Source of the DNA: Eledone cirrhosa
Lineage: Eukaryota
NCBI GenBank assembly: GCA_964016885.1
Contig: OZ024743.1
Coordinates: 141,794,001 to 141,858,000, forward strand
Direction: 5' to 3'
DNA length: 64,000 nt
Of the stretch, positions 21,810 through 33,920 are shown piece by piece. The position numbers were made by a program, and so were the translations under genes. Within the stretch, counting starts at the first letter, position 1; the number at the start of each line of letters is the position of its first letter. The notes under the pieces are model-generated. The model ran no database searches. It saw only the letters and a program-made list of their open reading frames with translations, and had not been told where the DNA came from.

Positions 21810-24320
21810 GTGCTTGGTGTTTGGTGTTTGGTGTCTGGTGCTTGGTGCTTGGTGCTTGGTGTTTGGTGCTTGGTGCTTGGTGTTTGGTGCTGCGTGCTTG
21901 GTGTTTGGTGCTTGGTGCTTGGTGATTAGTGTTTGGTGCTTTGTGTTTGGTGCTTGGTGTTTGGTGCTTGGTGCTTGGTGCTTGGTGCTTGGTGTTAGGT
22001 GTTTGGTGCTTGGTGATTGGTGTTTGATGTTAGGTTCTTGGTGCTTGGTGTTTGGTGTTTGGTGCTTGGTGCTTGGTGTTTGTTGTTTGGTGCTTGGTGC
22101 TTGGTGCTTGGTGCTTGGTGTTAGGTGTTTGGTGCTTGGTGCTTGGTGTTTGGTGCTTGGTGCTTTGTGTTTGGTGCTTGGTGTTTGGTGCTTGGTGCTT
22201 GGTGCTTGGTGCTTGGTGTTAGGTGTTTGGTGTTGGTGATTGGTGTTTGATGTTAGGTTCTTGGTGCTTGGTGTTTGGTGTTTGGTGCTTGGTGCTTGGT
22301 GTTTGGTGCTTGGTGCTTGGTGCTTGGTGCTCGGTGCTTGGTGTTAGGTGTTTGGTGCTTGGTGATGGGTGCTTGGTGTTTGGTCCTTGGTGCTTGGTGC
22401 ATGGTCTTTGGTGCTTGGGTTTTGGTGTTTGGTGCTTGGTGCTTGGTGTTTGGTGCTTGGTGCTTGGTGCTTGGTGTTTGGTGCTTGGTGCTTGGTGTTT
22501 GGTGCTTGGTGCTTGGTGTTTGGTGTTTGGCGTTTGCTGTTTGCTGTTTTGTGCTTGGTGCTTGGGGTTTGGTGTTTGGTGCTTGGTGCTTGGTGTTTGG
22601 TGCTTGGTGCTTGGTGCTGGGTGTTTGGTGCTTGGTGCTTGGTGTTTGGTGCTTGGTGCTTGGTGCTTGGTGTTTGGTCCTTGGTGCTTGGTGCTTGGTC
22701 TTTGGTGCTTGGGGTTTGGTGTTTGGTGCTTGGTGCTTGGTGTTTGGTGCTTGGTTCTTGGTGCTTGGTGCTTGGTGTTTGGTGATTGCTGCTTGGTGCT
22801 TGGTGTTTGGTGCTTGGTGCTTGGTGACTAGTGTTTGGTTATTGGTGCTTGGGATTTGCTGTTTGGTGCTTGGTGTTTGGTGCTTGGTGCTTGCTGTTTG
22901 GTGTTTGTTGTTTGGTTCTTGGTGCTTGGTGTTTGGTGTTTGGTGTTTGGTGCTTGGTGCTTGGTGTTTGGTGCTTGTTGCTTGGTGCTTGGTGTTTGGT
23001 GCTGCGTGCTTGGTGTTTGGTGTTTGGTGCTTGGTGCCTGGTGCTTGTTGTTTGGTGCTTAGTGCTTGGTGTTTGGTGTTTGGTGTCTGGTGCTTGGTGC
23101 TTGGTGCTTGGTGTTTGGTGCTTGGTGCTTGGTGTTTGGTGCTGCGTGCTTGGTGTTTGGTGCTTGGTGCTTGGTGATTAGTGTTTGGTGCTTTGTGTTT
23201 GGTGCTTGGTGTTTGGTGCTTGGTGCTTGGTGCTTGGTGCTTGGTGTTAGGTGTTTGGTGCTTGGTGATTGGTGTTTGATGTTAGGTTCTTGGTGCTTGG
23301 TGTTTGGTGTTTGGTGCTTGGTGCTTGGTGTTTGGTGTTTGGTGCTTGGTGCTTGGTGCTTGGTGCTTGGTGTTAGGTGTTTGGTGCTTGGTGCTTGGTG
23401 TTTGGTGCTTGGTGCTTTGTGTTTGGTGCTTGGTGTTTGGTGCTTGGTGCTTGGTGCTTGGTGCTTGGTGTTAGGTGTTTGGTGCTTGGTGATTGGTGTT
23501 TGATGTTAGGTTCTTGGTGCTTGGTGTTTGGTGTTTGGTGCTTGGTGCTTGGTGTTTGGTGCTTGGTGCTTGGTGCTTGGTGCTTGGTGCTTGGTGTTAG
23601 GTGTTTGGTGCTTGGTGATGGGTGCTTGGTGTTTGGTCCTTGGTGCTTGGTGCATGGTCTTTGGTGCTTGGGTTTTGGTGTTTGGTGCTTGGTGCTTGGT
23701 GTTTGGTGCTTGGTGTTTGGTGCTTGCTGTTTGGTGCTTGGTGCTTGGTGTTTGGTGCTTGGTGCTTGGTGTTTGGTGTTTGGCGTTTGCTGTTTGCTGT
23801 TTTGTGCTTGGTGCTTGGGGTTTGGTGTTTGGTGCTTGGTGCTTGGTGTTTGGTGCTTGGTGCTTGGTGCTGGGTGTTTGGTGCTTGGTGCTTGGTGTTT
23901 GGTGCTTGGTGCTTGGTGCTTGGTGTTTGGTCCTTGGTGCTTGGTGCTTGGTCTTTGGTGCTTGGGGTTTGGTGTTTGGTGCTTGGTGCTTGGTGTTTGG
24001 TGCTTGGTTCTTGGTGCTTGGTGCTTGGTGTTTGGTGATTGCTGCTTGGTGCTTGGTGTTTGGTGCTTGGTGCTTGGTGACTAGTGTTTGGTTATTGGTG
24101 CTTGGGGTTTGCTGTTTGGTGCTTGGTGTTTGGTGCTTGGTGCTTGCTGTTTGGTGTTTGTTGTTTGGTTCTTGGTGCTTGGTGTTTGGTGTTTGGTGTT
24201 TGGTGCTTGGTGCTTGGTGTTTGGTGCTTGTTGCTTGGTGCTTGGTGTTTGGTGCTGCGTGCTTGGTGTTTGGTGTTTGGTGCTTGGTGCCTGGTGCTTG
24301 TTGTTTGGTGCTTAGTGCTT
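21810..24320 (+). repeat. Tandem duplication, period 1253 bp (179 monomers)
   Basis: ORF pairs 22275/23528, 22369/23622 and 22831/24084. The variant GACTAGTGTTTGGTTATTGG occurs at ~22826 and ~24079. The first copy has a 1-bp deletion at 22227-22232, so the offset is 1252 upstream of it. Confidence 0.92.
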
Positions 24321-27300
24321 GGTGTTTGGTGTTTGGTGCTTGGTGCTTGGTGGCTGGTGCTTGGTGCTTGGTGTTTGGAGTTTGGTGCTTGGTGCTTGGT
24401 GCCTGGTGTTTCGTGCTTGGTGCTTGGTGCTTGGTGTTTGGTGTTTGGTGCTTGGTGTTTGGTGTTTGGTACTTGGTGCTTGGTGCTTGGTGCTTGGTGT
24501 TTGGTGCTTGGTGTTTGATGCTGCGTGCTTGGTGTTTGGTGTTTGGTGCTTGGTGCTTGGTGTTTGGTGTTTGGAGCTTGGTGCCTGCTACTTGTTGTTT
24601 GGTGTTTGGTGCTTGGTGCTTGGTGCTTGGTATCTGGTGTTTGGTGCTTGATGTCTGGTGTTTGGTGCTTGGTGCTTGGTGCTTGGTGTTTGGTGTTTGG
24701 TGCTTGGTGCTTGGTGTTTGGTGCTTGGTGTTTGGTGTTTGGTGTTTGATGCTTGGTGTTTGCTGCTTGGTGCTTGGTGCTTGGTGTTTTGTGTTTGGTG
24801 CTTGGTGCTTGGTGCCTGGTGCTTGGTGCTTGGTGCTTGTTGTTTGGTGCTTGGTGCTTGGTGATTAGTGTTTGGTGCTTGGTGCTTGCGGTTTGATGTT
24901 TGGTGCTTGGGGTTTGGTGTTTGGTGCTTGGTGCTTGGTGTTTGGTGCTTGGTGCTTGGTGCTTGGTGCTTGGTGCTTGGTGTTTGGTGCTTGGTGCTTG
25001 GTGTTTGGTGCTTGGTGTTTGGTGCTTGGTGCTTGGTGCTTGGTGTTAGGTGTTTGGTGCTTGGTGCTTGGTGTTTGATGTTTGGTCCTTGGTGCTTGGT
25101 GTTTGGTGTTTGTTGCTTGGTGCTTGGTGTTTGGTGTTTGGTGCTTGCTGCTTGCTGCTTGGTGTTTGGTGCTTGGTGATTGGTGCTTGGTGTTTTGTGC
25201 TTGGTGCTTGGTGTTTGGTGTTTGGTGCTAGGGGCTTGGTGCTTGGTGCTTGGTGTTTGGTGCTTGGTGCTTGCTGTTTGGTGTTTGGTGCTTGGTGCGT
25301 GGGACTTAGTGTTTGGTGTTTGGTGCTTGGTGTTTGGTGCTTGGTGTTTGGTGCTTGGTGTTTGGGGCTTGGTGTTCGGTGCTTGGTGCTTGGTGCTTGG
25401 GGCTTGGTGTTTGGTGTTTGGTGCTTGGTGCTTGGTGTTTGATGTTGGGTCCTTGGTGCTTGGTGTTTGGTGTTTGGTGCTTTGTGTTTGGTGTTTGGTG
25501 CTTGGTGCTTGGTGTTTGGTGTTTGGTGCTTGGTGCTTGGGGCTTGGTGTTTGGTGCTTGGTGCTTGGTGTTTGGTGCTTCTGCTTGGGGCTTGGTAGTT
25601 GGTGCTTGGTGCTTGGTGCCTGGTGTTTGGTGTTTGGTGTTTGGTGCTTGGTGTATGGTGCTTGGTGCTTGGTGCTGGGTGGTTGGTGTTTGGTGCTTGG
25701 TGCTTGGTGTTTGGTGCTTGGTGCTTGGTGCTTGTTGTTTGGTGCTTGGTGCTTGGTGCTTGGTCTTTGGTGCATGGTGTTTGGTGTTTGGCGCTTGGTG
25801 CTTGGTGCTTCGTGATTGGTGCTTGGGGTTTGGTGGTTGGTGCTTGGTGCTTGGTGTTTGGTGTTTGGTGTTTGGTGTTCGGTGTTTGCTGTTTGGTGTC
25901 TGCTTTTTGGTGTTTGGTGTTTGCTGTATGGGGTTTGCTGTTTCGTATTTGGTTTTTGCTGATTGGTGTTTGGTGTTTGCTGTTTGGTGTTTGGTGTTTG
26001 GTGTTTGGTGCTTGGTGCTTGGTGCTTGGTGTTTGGCGTTTGGTGCTTGGTGCTTGGTGTTTGGTGCTTCGTGCTTGGTGTTTGGTGTTTGGTGCTTGGT
26101 GCCTGGTGCTTGTTGTATGGTGTTTGGTGCTTGGTGCTTGGTGTTTGGTGTTTGCTGCTTGGTGTCTGGTGTTTGGTGCTTGGTGTTTGGTGTTTGGTGC
26201 TTGGTGCTTGGTGCTTGGTGTTTGGTGTTTGGTGCTTGTTGCTTGGTGTTTGGTGTTTGGTGCTGGGTGCATGGAGTTTGGTGCTTGGTGCTTAGTGCTT
26301 GGTGTGTGGTGCTTGGTGCTTGGTGTTTTGTGTTTGGTTCTTGGTGCTTGGTGACTGGTGCTTGGTGCTTGGTGCTTGTTGTTTGGTGCTTGGTGCTTGG
26401 TGATTAGTGTTTGGTGCTTGGTGCTTGGTGTTTGGTGCTTGGTGTTTGGTGCTTGGTGCCTGGTGCTTGGTGTTTGGTGTTTGATGCTTGGTGTTTGGTG
26501 TTTGGTGTTTGGTACTTGGTGTTCGGTGCTTGGTGCTTGGTGCTTGGTGCTTGGTGTTTGGTGTTTGGTGCTTGGTGATTAGTGTTTGGTGATTGGTGCT
26601 TGGGATTTGCTGTTTGGGGCTTGGTGTTTGGTGCTTGGTGCTTGATGTTTGGTGTTTGGTGTTTGGTTCTTGGTGCTTGGTGTTTGGTGTTTGGTGTCTG
26701 GTGCTTGGTGCTTGGTGCTTGGTGTTTGGTGATTGGTGCTTGGTGCTTGGTGTTTGGTGCTGCGTGCTTGGTGTTTGGTGCTTGGTGCTTGGTGATTAGT
26801 GTTTGGTGCTTGGTGCTTGGGGTTTGGTGTTTGGTGCTTGGGGTTTGGTGTCTGGTGCTTGGTGCTTGGTGTTTGGTGCTTGGTGCTTGGTGTTTGGTGC
26901 TTGGTGCTTTGTGTTTGGTGCTTGGTGTTTGGTGCTTGGTGCTTGGTGCTTGGTGTTAGGTGTTTGGTGCTTGGTGATTGGTGTTTGATGTTAGGTTCTT
27001 GGTGCTTGGTGTTTGGTGTTTGGTGCTTGGTGCTTGGTGTTTGGTGTTTGGTGCTTGCTGCTTGGTGCTTGGTGTTTTGTGTTTGGAGTTTGGTGCTTGG
27101 TGTTTGGTGCTTCGGTCTTGGTGTTTTGTGTATGGTGCTTGGTGCTTGGTGTTTGGTGTTTGGTGCCTGGTGCTTGGTGTTCGGTGCTTGGTGTTTGGTG
27201 TTTGGTGATTGGTGCTTGGTGCTTGGTGCTTGGTGCTTGGTGCTTGGTGTTAGGCGTTTGGTGCTTGGTGCTTGGTGTTTGATGTTTGGTCCATGGTGCT

Positions 27301-30300
27301 TGGTGTTTGGTATTTTGAGCTTGGTGCTTGGTGTTTGGTGTTTGGTGCTTGGTGCTTGGTGTTTGGTGTTTGGTGCTTGCTGCTTGCTGCTTGGTGTTTT
27401 GTGCTAGGGGCTTGGTGCTTGGTGTTTCGTGTTTGGTGCTTGGTGTTTTGTGTTTGGTTCTTGGTGCTTGGTGACTGGTGCTTGGTGCTTGGTGCTTGTT
27501 GTTTGGTGCTTGATGCTTGGTGATTAGTGTTTGGTGCTTGGTGCTTGGTGTTTGGTGCTTGGTGTTTGGTGCTTGGTGCCTGGTGCTTGGTGTTTGGTGT
27601 TTGATGCTTGGTGTTTGGTGTTTGGTGTTTGGTACTTGGTGTTCGGTGCTTGGTGCTTGGTGCTTGGTGCTTGGTGTTTGGTGTTTGGTGCTTGGTGCTT
27701 GGTGTTTGATGTTTGGTCATTGGGGCTTGGTGTTTGGTGTTGTGTGCTTGGTGCTTGGTGGTTGGTGTTTGGTGCTTGGTGCTTGGTGCTTGGTGTTTGG
27801 CGTTTCCTGTTTGCTGTTTGGTGTTTGGTGTTTGCTGTTTGGTGTTTGCTGTTTGGTGTTTGGTGTTTGGTGCTTGCTGTTTGGTGCTTGGTGCTTGGTG
27901 TATGGTGTTTGGTGCTTGGTGTTTGGTGTTTGATGCTTGGTGCTGGGTGTTTGGTGCTTGGTGCTTGGTGTTTGGTGCTTGGTGATTGGTGCTTGGTGTT
28001 TGGTCCTTGGTGCTTGGTGCATGGTCTTTGGTGCTTGGGTTTTGGTGTTTGGTGCTTGGTGCTTGGTGTTTGGTGCTTGGTGCTTGGTGCTTGGTGCTTG
28101 GTGTTTGGTGCTTGCTGCTTGGTGCTTGGTGTTTGGTGCTTGGTGCTTGGTGAGTAGTGTTTGGTGATTGGTGTTTGGGGTTTGGTGTTTGGGGCTTGGT
28201 GTTTGGTGCTTAGTGCTTGCTGTTTGGTGTTTGGTGTTTGGTTCTTGGTGCTTGGTGTTTGGTGTTTGGTGTTTGGTGCTTGGTGCTTGGTGCTTGGTGT
28301 TTGGTGCTTGGTGCTTGGTGTTTGGTGCTGCGTGCTTGGTGTTTGGTGTTCGGTGCTTGGTGCCTGGTGCTTGTTGTTTGGTGTTTGGTGCTTAGTGCTT
28401 GGTGTTTGGTGTTTGGTGCTTGGTGCTTGGTGGCTGGTGTTTGGTGCTTGGTGTTTGGAGTTTGGTGCTTGGTGCTTGGTGCCTGGTGTTTCGTGCTTGG
28501 TGCTTGGTGCTTGGTGTTTGGTGTTTGGTGCTTGGTGTTTGGTGTTTGGTACTTGGTGCCTGGTGCTTGGTGCTTGGTGTTTGGTGCTTGGTATTTGATG
28601 CTGCCTGCTTGGTGTTTGGTGTTTGGTGCTTGGTGCTTGGTGTTTGGCGTTTGGAGCTCAGTGCCTGGTGCTTGTTGTTTGGTGTTTGGCGCTTGGTGCT
28701 TGGTATCTGGTGTTTGGTGCTTGATGTTTGGTGTTTGGTGCTTGGTGTTTTGTGTTTGGTGATTGGTGCTTGGTGCCTGGTGCTTGGTGCTTGGTGCTTG
28801 TTGTTTGGTGCTTGGTGCTTGGTGATTAGTGTTTGGTGCTTGGTGCTTGCGGTTTGCTGTTTGGTGCTTGGGGTTTGGTGCTTGGTGCTTGGTGCTTGGT
28901 GTTTGGTGCTTGGTGCTTGGTGTTTGGTGCTTGGTGCTTGGTGTTTGGTGTTTGGTGTTTGCTGTTTGCTGTTTGCTGTTTGGTGCTTGCTGTTTGGTGC
29001 TTGGTGCTTGGTGTTTGGTGTTTGGTGTTTTGTGCTTGGTGCTTGGTGTTTGGTGCTTGGTGCTTCGTGCTGGGTGTTTGGTGCTTGGTGCTTGGTGTTT
29101 GGTGCTTGGTGCTTGGTGCTTGGTGTTTGGTCCTTGGTGCTTGGTGCTTGGTCTTTGGTGCTTGGGTTTTGGTGTTTGGTGCTTGGTGCTTGGTGTTTGG
29201 TGCTTGGTTCTTGGTGCTTGGTGCTTGGTGTTTGGTGATTGCTGCTTGGTGCTTGGTGTTTGGTGCTTGGTGCTTGGTGATTAGTGTTTGGTGATTGGTG
29301 CTTGGGGTTTGCTGTTTGGTGCTTGGTGCTTGCTGTTTGGTGTTTGGTGTTTGGTTCTTGGTGCTTGGTGTTTGGTGTTTGTTGTCTGGTGCTTGGTGCT
29401 TGGTGCTTGGTGTTTGGTGCTTGGTGCTTGATGCTTGGTGTTTGGTGCTGCGTGCTTGGTGTTTGGTGCTTGGTGCTTGGTGATTAGTGTTTGGTGCTTT
29501 GTGTTTGGTGCTTGGTGTTTGGTGCTTGGTGCTTGGTGCTTGGTGCTTGGTGTTAGGTGTTTGGTGCTTGGTGATTGGTGTTTGATGTTAGGTTCTTGGT
29601 GCTTGGTGTTTGGTGTTTGGTGCTTGGTGCTTGGTGTTTGGTGTTTGGTGCTTGGTGCTTGGTGCTTGGTGCTTGGTGTTAGGTGTTTGGTGCTTGGTGC
29701 TTGGTGTTTGGTGCTTGGTGCTTTGTGTTTGGTGCTTGGTGTTTGGTGCTTGGTGCTTGGTGCTTGGTGCTTGGTGTTAGGTGTTTGGTGCTTGGTGATT
29801 GGTGTTTGATGTTAGGTTCTTGGTGCTTGGTGTTTGGTGTTTGGTGCTTGGTGCTTGGTGTTTGGTGTTTGGTGCTTGGTGCTTGGTGCTTGGTGCTTGG
29901 TGTTAGGTGTTTGGTGCTTGGTGATGGGTGCTTGGTGTTTGGTCCTTGGTGCTTGGTGCATGGTCTTTGGTGCTTGGGTTTTGGTGTTTGGTGCTTGGTG
30001 CTTGGTGTTTGGTGCTTGGTGCTTGGTGCTTGGTGCTTGGTGTTTGGAGTTTGGTGCTTGGTGCTTGGTGCCTGGTGTTTCGTGCTTGGTGCTTGGTGCT
30101 TGGTGTTTGGTGTTTGGTGCTTGGTGTTTGGTGTTTGGAACTTGGTGCTTGGTGCTTGGTGCTTGGTGTTTGGTGCTTGCTGCTTGGTGCTTGGTGTTTG
30201 GTGCTTGGTGCTTGGTGATTAGTGTTTGGTGATTGGTGCTTGGGGTTTGGTGTTTGGGGCTTGGTGTTTGGTGGTTAGTGCTTGCTATTTGGTGTTTGGT

Positions 30301-31999
30301 GTTTGGTTCTTGGTGCTTGGTGGCTGGTGTTTGGTGCTTGGTGCTTGTTGTTTGGTGTTTGGTGTTTGGTGCTTGGTGCTTGGTGGCTGGTGTTTGGTGC
30401 TTGGTGTTTGGAGTTTGGTGCTTGGTGCTTGGTGCCTGGTGTTTCGTGCTTGGTGCTTGGTGCTTGGTGTTTGGTGATTGGTGCTTGGTGTTTGGTGTTT
30501 GGTACTTGGTGCTTGGTGCTTGGTGCTTGGTGCTTGGTGCTTGGTGTTTGATGCTGCGTGCTTGGTGTTTGGTGTTTGGTGCTTGGTGCTTGGTGTTTGG
30601 TCTTTGGAGCTCGGTGCCTGGTGCTTGTTGTTTGGTGTTTGGCGCTTGGTGCTTGGTGTTTGGTGTTTGGTGCTTGGTGCTTGGTGCTTGGTATCTGGTG
30701 CTTGGTGCTTGATGTTTGGTGTTTGGTGCTTGGTGTTTGGTGTTTGGTGCTTGGTGCTTGGTGTTTGGTGCTTGGTGTTTGGTGTTTGGTGTTTGATGCT
30801 TGGTGTTTGCTGCTTGGTGCTTGGTGCTTGGTGTTTTGTGTTTGGTGATTGGTGCTTGGTGCCTGGTGCTTGGTGCTTGGTGCTTGTTGTTTGGTGCTTG
30901 GTGCTTGGTGATTAGTGTTTGGTGCTTGGTGATTGCGGTTTGGTGTTTGGTGCTTGGGGTTTGGTGCTTGGTGCTTGGTGCTTGGTGTTTGGTGCTTGGT
31001 GCTTGGTGTTTGGTGCTTGGTGCTTGGTGTTTGGTGTTTGGCGTTTGCTGTTTGCTGTTTGGTGTTTGGTGCTTGCTGTTTGGTGCTTGGTGCTTGGTGT
31101 TTGGTGTTTGGTGTTTTGTGCTTGGTGCTTGGTGTTTGGTGCTTGGTGCTTGGTGCTGGGTGTTTGGTGTTTGGTGCTTAGTGCTTGGTGTTTGGTGTTT
31201 GGTGCTTGGTGCTTGGTGGCTGGTGTTTGGTGCTTGGTGTTTGGAGTTTGGTGCTTGGTGCTTGGTGCCTGGTGTTTCGTGCTTGGTGCTTGGTGTTTGG
31301 TGTTTGGTACTTGGTGCTTGCTGCTTGGTGCTTGGTGTTTGGTGCTTGGTATTTGATGCTGCCTGCTTGGTGTTTGGTGTTTGGTGCTTGGTGCTTGGTG
31401 TTTCGCGTTTGGAGCTCGGTGCCTGGTGCTTGTTGTTTGGTGTTTGGCGCTTGGTGCTTGGTATCTGGTGTTTGGTGCTTGATGTTTGGTGTTTGGTGCT
31501 TGGTGTTTTGTGTTTGGTGATTGGTGCTTGGTGCCTGGTGCTTGGTGCTTGGTGCTTGTTGTTTGGTGCTTGGTGCTTGGTGATTAGTGTTTGGTGCTTG
31601 GTGCTTGCGGTTTGCTGTTTGGTGCTTGGGGTTTGGTGCTTCTGTGCTTGGTGCTTGGTGTTTGGTGCTTGGTGCTTGGTGTTTGGTGCTTGGTGCTTGG
31701 TGTTTGGTGTTTGGTGTTTGCTGTTTGCTGTTTGGTGCTTGCTGTTTGGTGCTTGGTGCTTGGTGTTTGGTGTTTGGTGTTTTGTGCTTGGTGCTTGGTG
31801 TTTGGTGCTTGGTGCTTCGTGCCGGGTGTTTGGTGCTTGGTGCTTGGTGTTTGGTGCTTGGTGCTTGGTGCTTGGTGTTTGGTCCTTGGTGCTTGGTGCT
31901 TGGTCTTTGGTGCTTGGGTTTTGGTGTTTGGTGCTTGGTGCTTGGTGTTTGGTGCTTGGTTCTTGGTGCTTGGTGCTTGGTGTTTGGTGATTGCTGCTT

Positions 32000-33920
32000 G
32001 GTGCTTGGTGTTTGGTGCTTGGTGCTTGGTGATTAGTGTTTGGTGATTGGTGCTTGGGGTTTGCTGTTTGGTGCTTGGTGCTTGCTGTTTGGTGTTTGGT
32101 GTTTGGTTCTTGGTGCTTGGTGTTTGGTGTTTGGTGTCTGGTGCTTGGTGCTTGGTGCTTGGTGTTTGGTGCTTGGTGCTTGGTGCTTGGTGTTTGGTGC
32201 TGCGTGCTTGGTGTTTGGTGCTTGGTGCTTGGTGATTAGTGTTTGGTGCTTTGTGTTTGGTGCTTGGTGTTTGGTGCTTGGTGCTTGGTGCTTGGTGCTT
32301 GGTGTTAGGTGTTTGGTGCTTGGTGATTGGTGTTTGATGTTAGGTTCTTGGTGCTTGGTGTTTGGTGTTTGGTGCTTGGTGCTTGGTGTTTGGTGTTTGG
32401 TGCTTGGTGCTTGGTGCTTGGTGCTTGGTGTTAGGTGTTTGGTGCTTGGTGCTTGGTGTTTGGTGCTTGGTGCTTTGTGTTTGGTGCTTGGTGTTTGGTG
32501 CTTGGTGCTTGGTGCTTGGTGCTTGGTGTTAGGTGTTTGGTGCTTGGTGATTGGTGTTTGATGTTAGGTTCTTGGTGCTTGGTGTTTGGTGTTTGGTGCT
32601 TGGTGCTTGGTGTTTGGTGTTTGGTGCTTGGTGCTTGGTGCTTGGTGCTTGGTGTTAGGTGTTTGGTGCTTGGTGATGGGTGCTTGGTGTTTGGTCCTTG
32701 GTGCTTGGTGCATGGTCTTTGGTGCTTGGGTTTTGGTGTTTGGTGCTTGGTGCTTGGTGTTTGGTGCTTGGTGCTTGGTGCTTGGTGCTTGGTGTTTGGT
32801 GCTTGCTGCTTGGTGCTTGGTGTTTGGTGCTTGGTGCTTGGTGATTAGTGTTTGGTGATTGGTGCTTGGGGTTTGGTGTTTGGGGCTTGGTGTTTGGTGG
32901 TTAGTGCTTGCTATTTGGTGTTTGGTGTTTGGTTCTTGGTGCTTGGTGGCTGGTGTTTGGTGCTTGGTGCTTGTTGTTTGGTGTTTGGTGTTTGGTGCTT
33001 GGTGCTTGGTGGCTGGTGTTTGGTGCTTGGTGTTTGGAGTTTGGTGCTTGGTGCTTGGTGCCTGGTGTTTCGTGCTTGGTGCTTGGTGTTAGGTGTTTGG
33101 TGCTTGGTGTTTGGTGATTGGTGCTTGGTGTTTGGTGTTTGGTACTTGGTGCTTGCTGCTTGGTGCTTGGTGCTTGGTGCTTGGTGTTTGATGCTGCGTG
33201 CTTGGTGTTTGGTGTTTGGTGCTTGGTGCTTGGTGTTTGGTCTTTGGAGCTCGGTGCCTGGTGCTTGTTGTTTGGTGTTTGGCGCTTGGTGCTTGGTGTT
33301 TGGTGTTTGGTGCTTGGTGCTTGGTGCTTGGTATCTGGTGCTTGGTGCTTGATGTTTGGTGTTTGGTGCTTGGTGTTTGGTGTTTGGTGCTTGGTACTTG
33401 GTGTTTGGTGCTTGGTGTTTGGTGTTTGGTGTTTGATGCTTGGTGTTTGCTGCTTGGTGCTTGGTGCTTGGTGTTTTGTGTTTGGTGATTGGTGCTTGGT
33501 GCCTGGTGCTTGGTGCTTGGTGCTTGTTGTTTGGTGCTTGGTGCTTGGTGATTAGTGTTTGGTGCTTGGTGCTTGCGGTTTGGTGTTTGGTGCTTGGGGT
33601 TTGGTGCTTGGTGCTTGGTGCTTGGTGTTTGGTGCTTGGTGCTTGGTGTTTGGTGCTTGGTGCTTGGTGTTTGGTGTTTGGCGTTTGCTGTTTGCTGTTT
33701 GGTGTTTGGTGCTTGCTGTTTGGTGCTTGGTGCTTGGTGTTTGGTGTTTGGTGTTTTGTGCTTGGTGCTTGGTGTTTGGTGCTTGGTGCTTGGTGCTGGG
33801 TGTTTGGTGCTTGGTGCTTGGTGTTTGGTGCTTGGTGCTTGGTGCTTGGTGTTTGGTCCTTGGTGCTTGGTGCTTGGTCTTTGGTGCTTGGGTTTTGGTG
33901 TTTGGTGCTTGGTGCTTGGT
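32000..33920 (+). repeat. Block copied at ~38900-40830 (offset 6916 = 988 monomers)
   Basis: ORF pairs 32036/38952, 32852/39768 and 33555/40471. GAGCTC is at 33247 and 40163. Confidence 0.88.

Noticed and set aside
22227-22232. Singleton indel monomers (TTGGTG at 22227; also TTGGGGGC at 62490 and TTCTGTGC at 31640) as functional sites
   Set aside because: Each is absent from the homologous copies, and one is a homopolymer extension. They are likely recent mutations or consensus errors.
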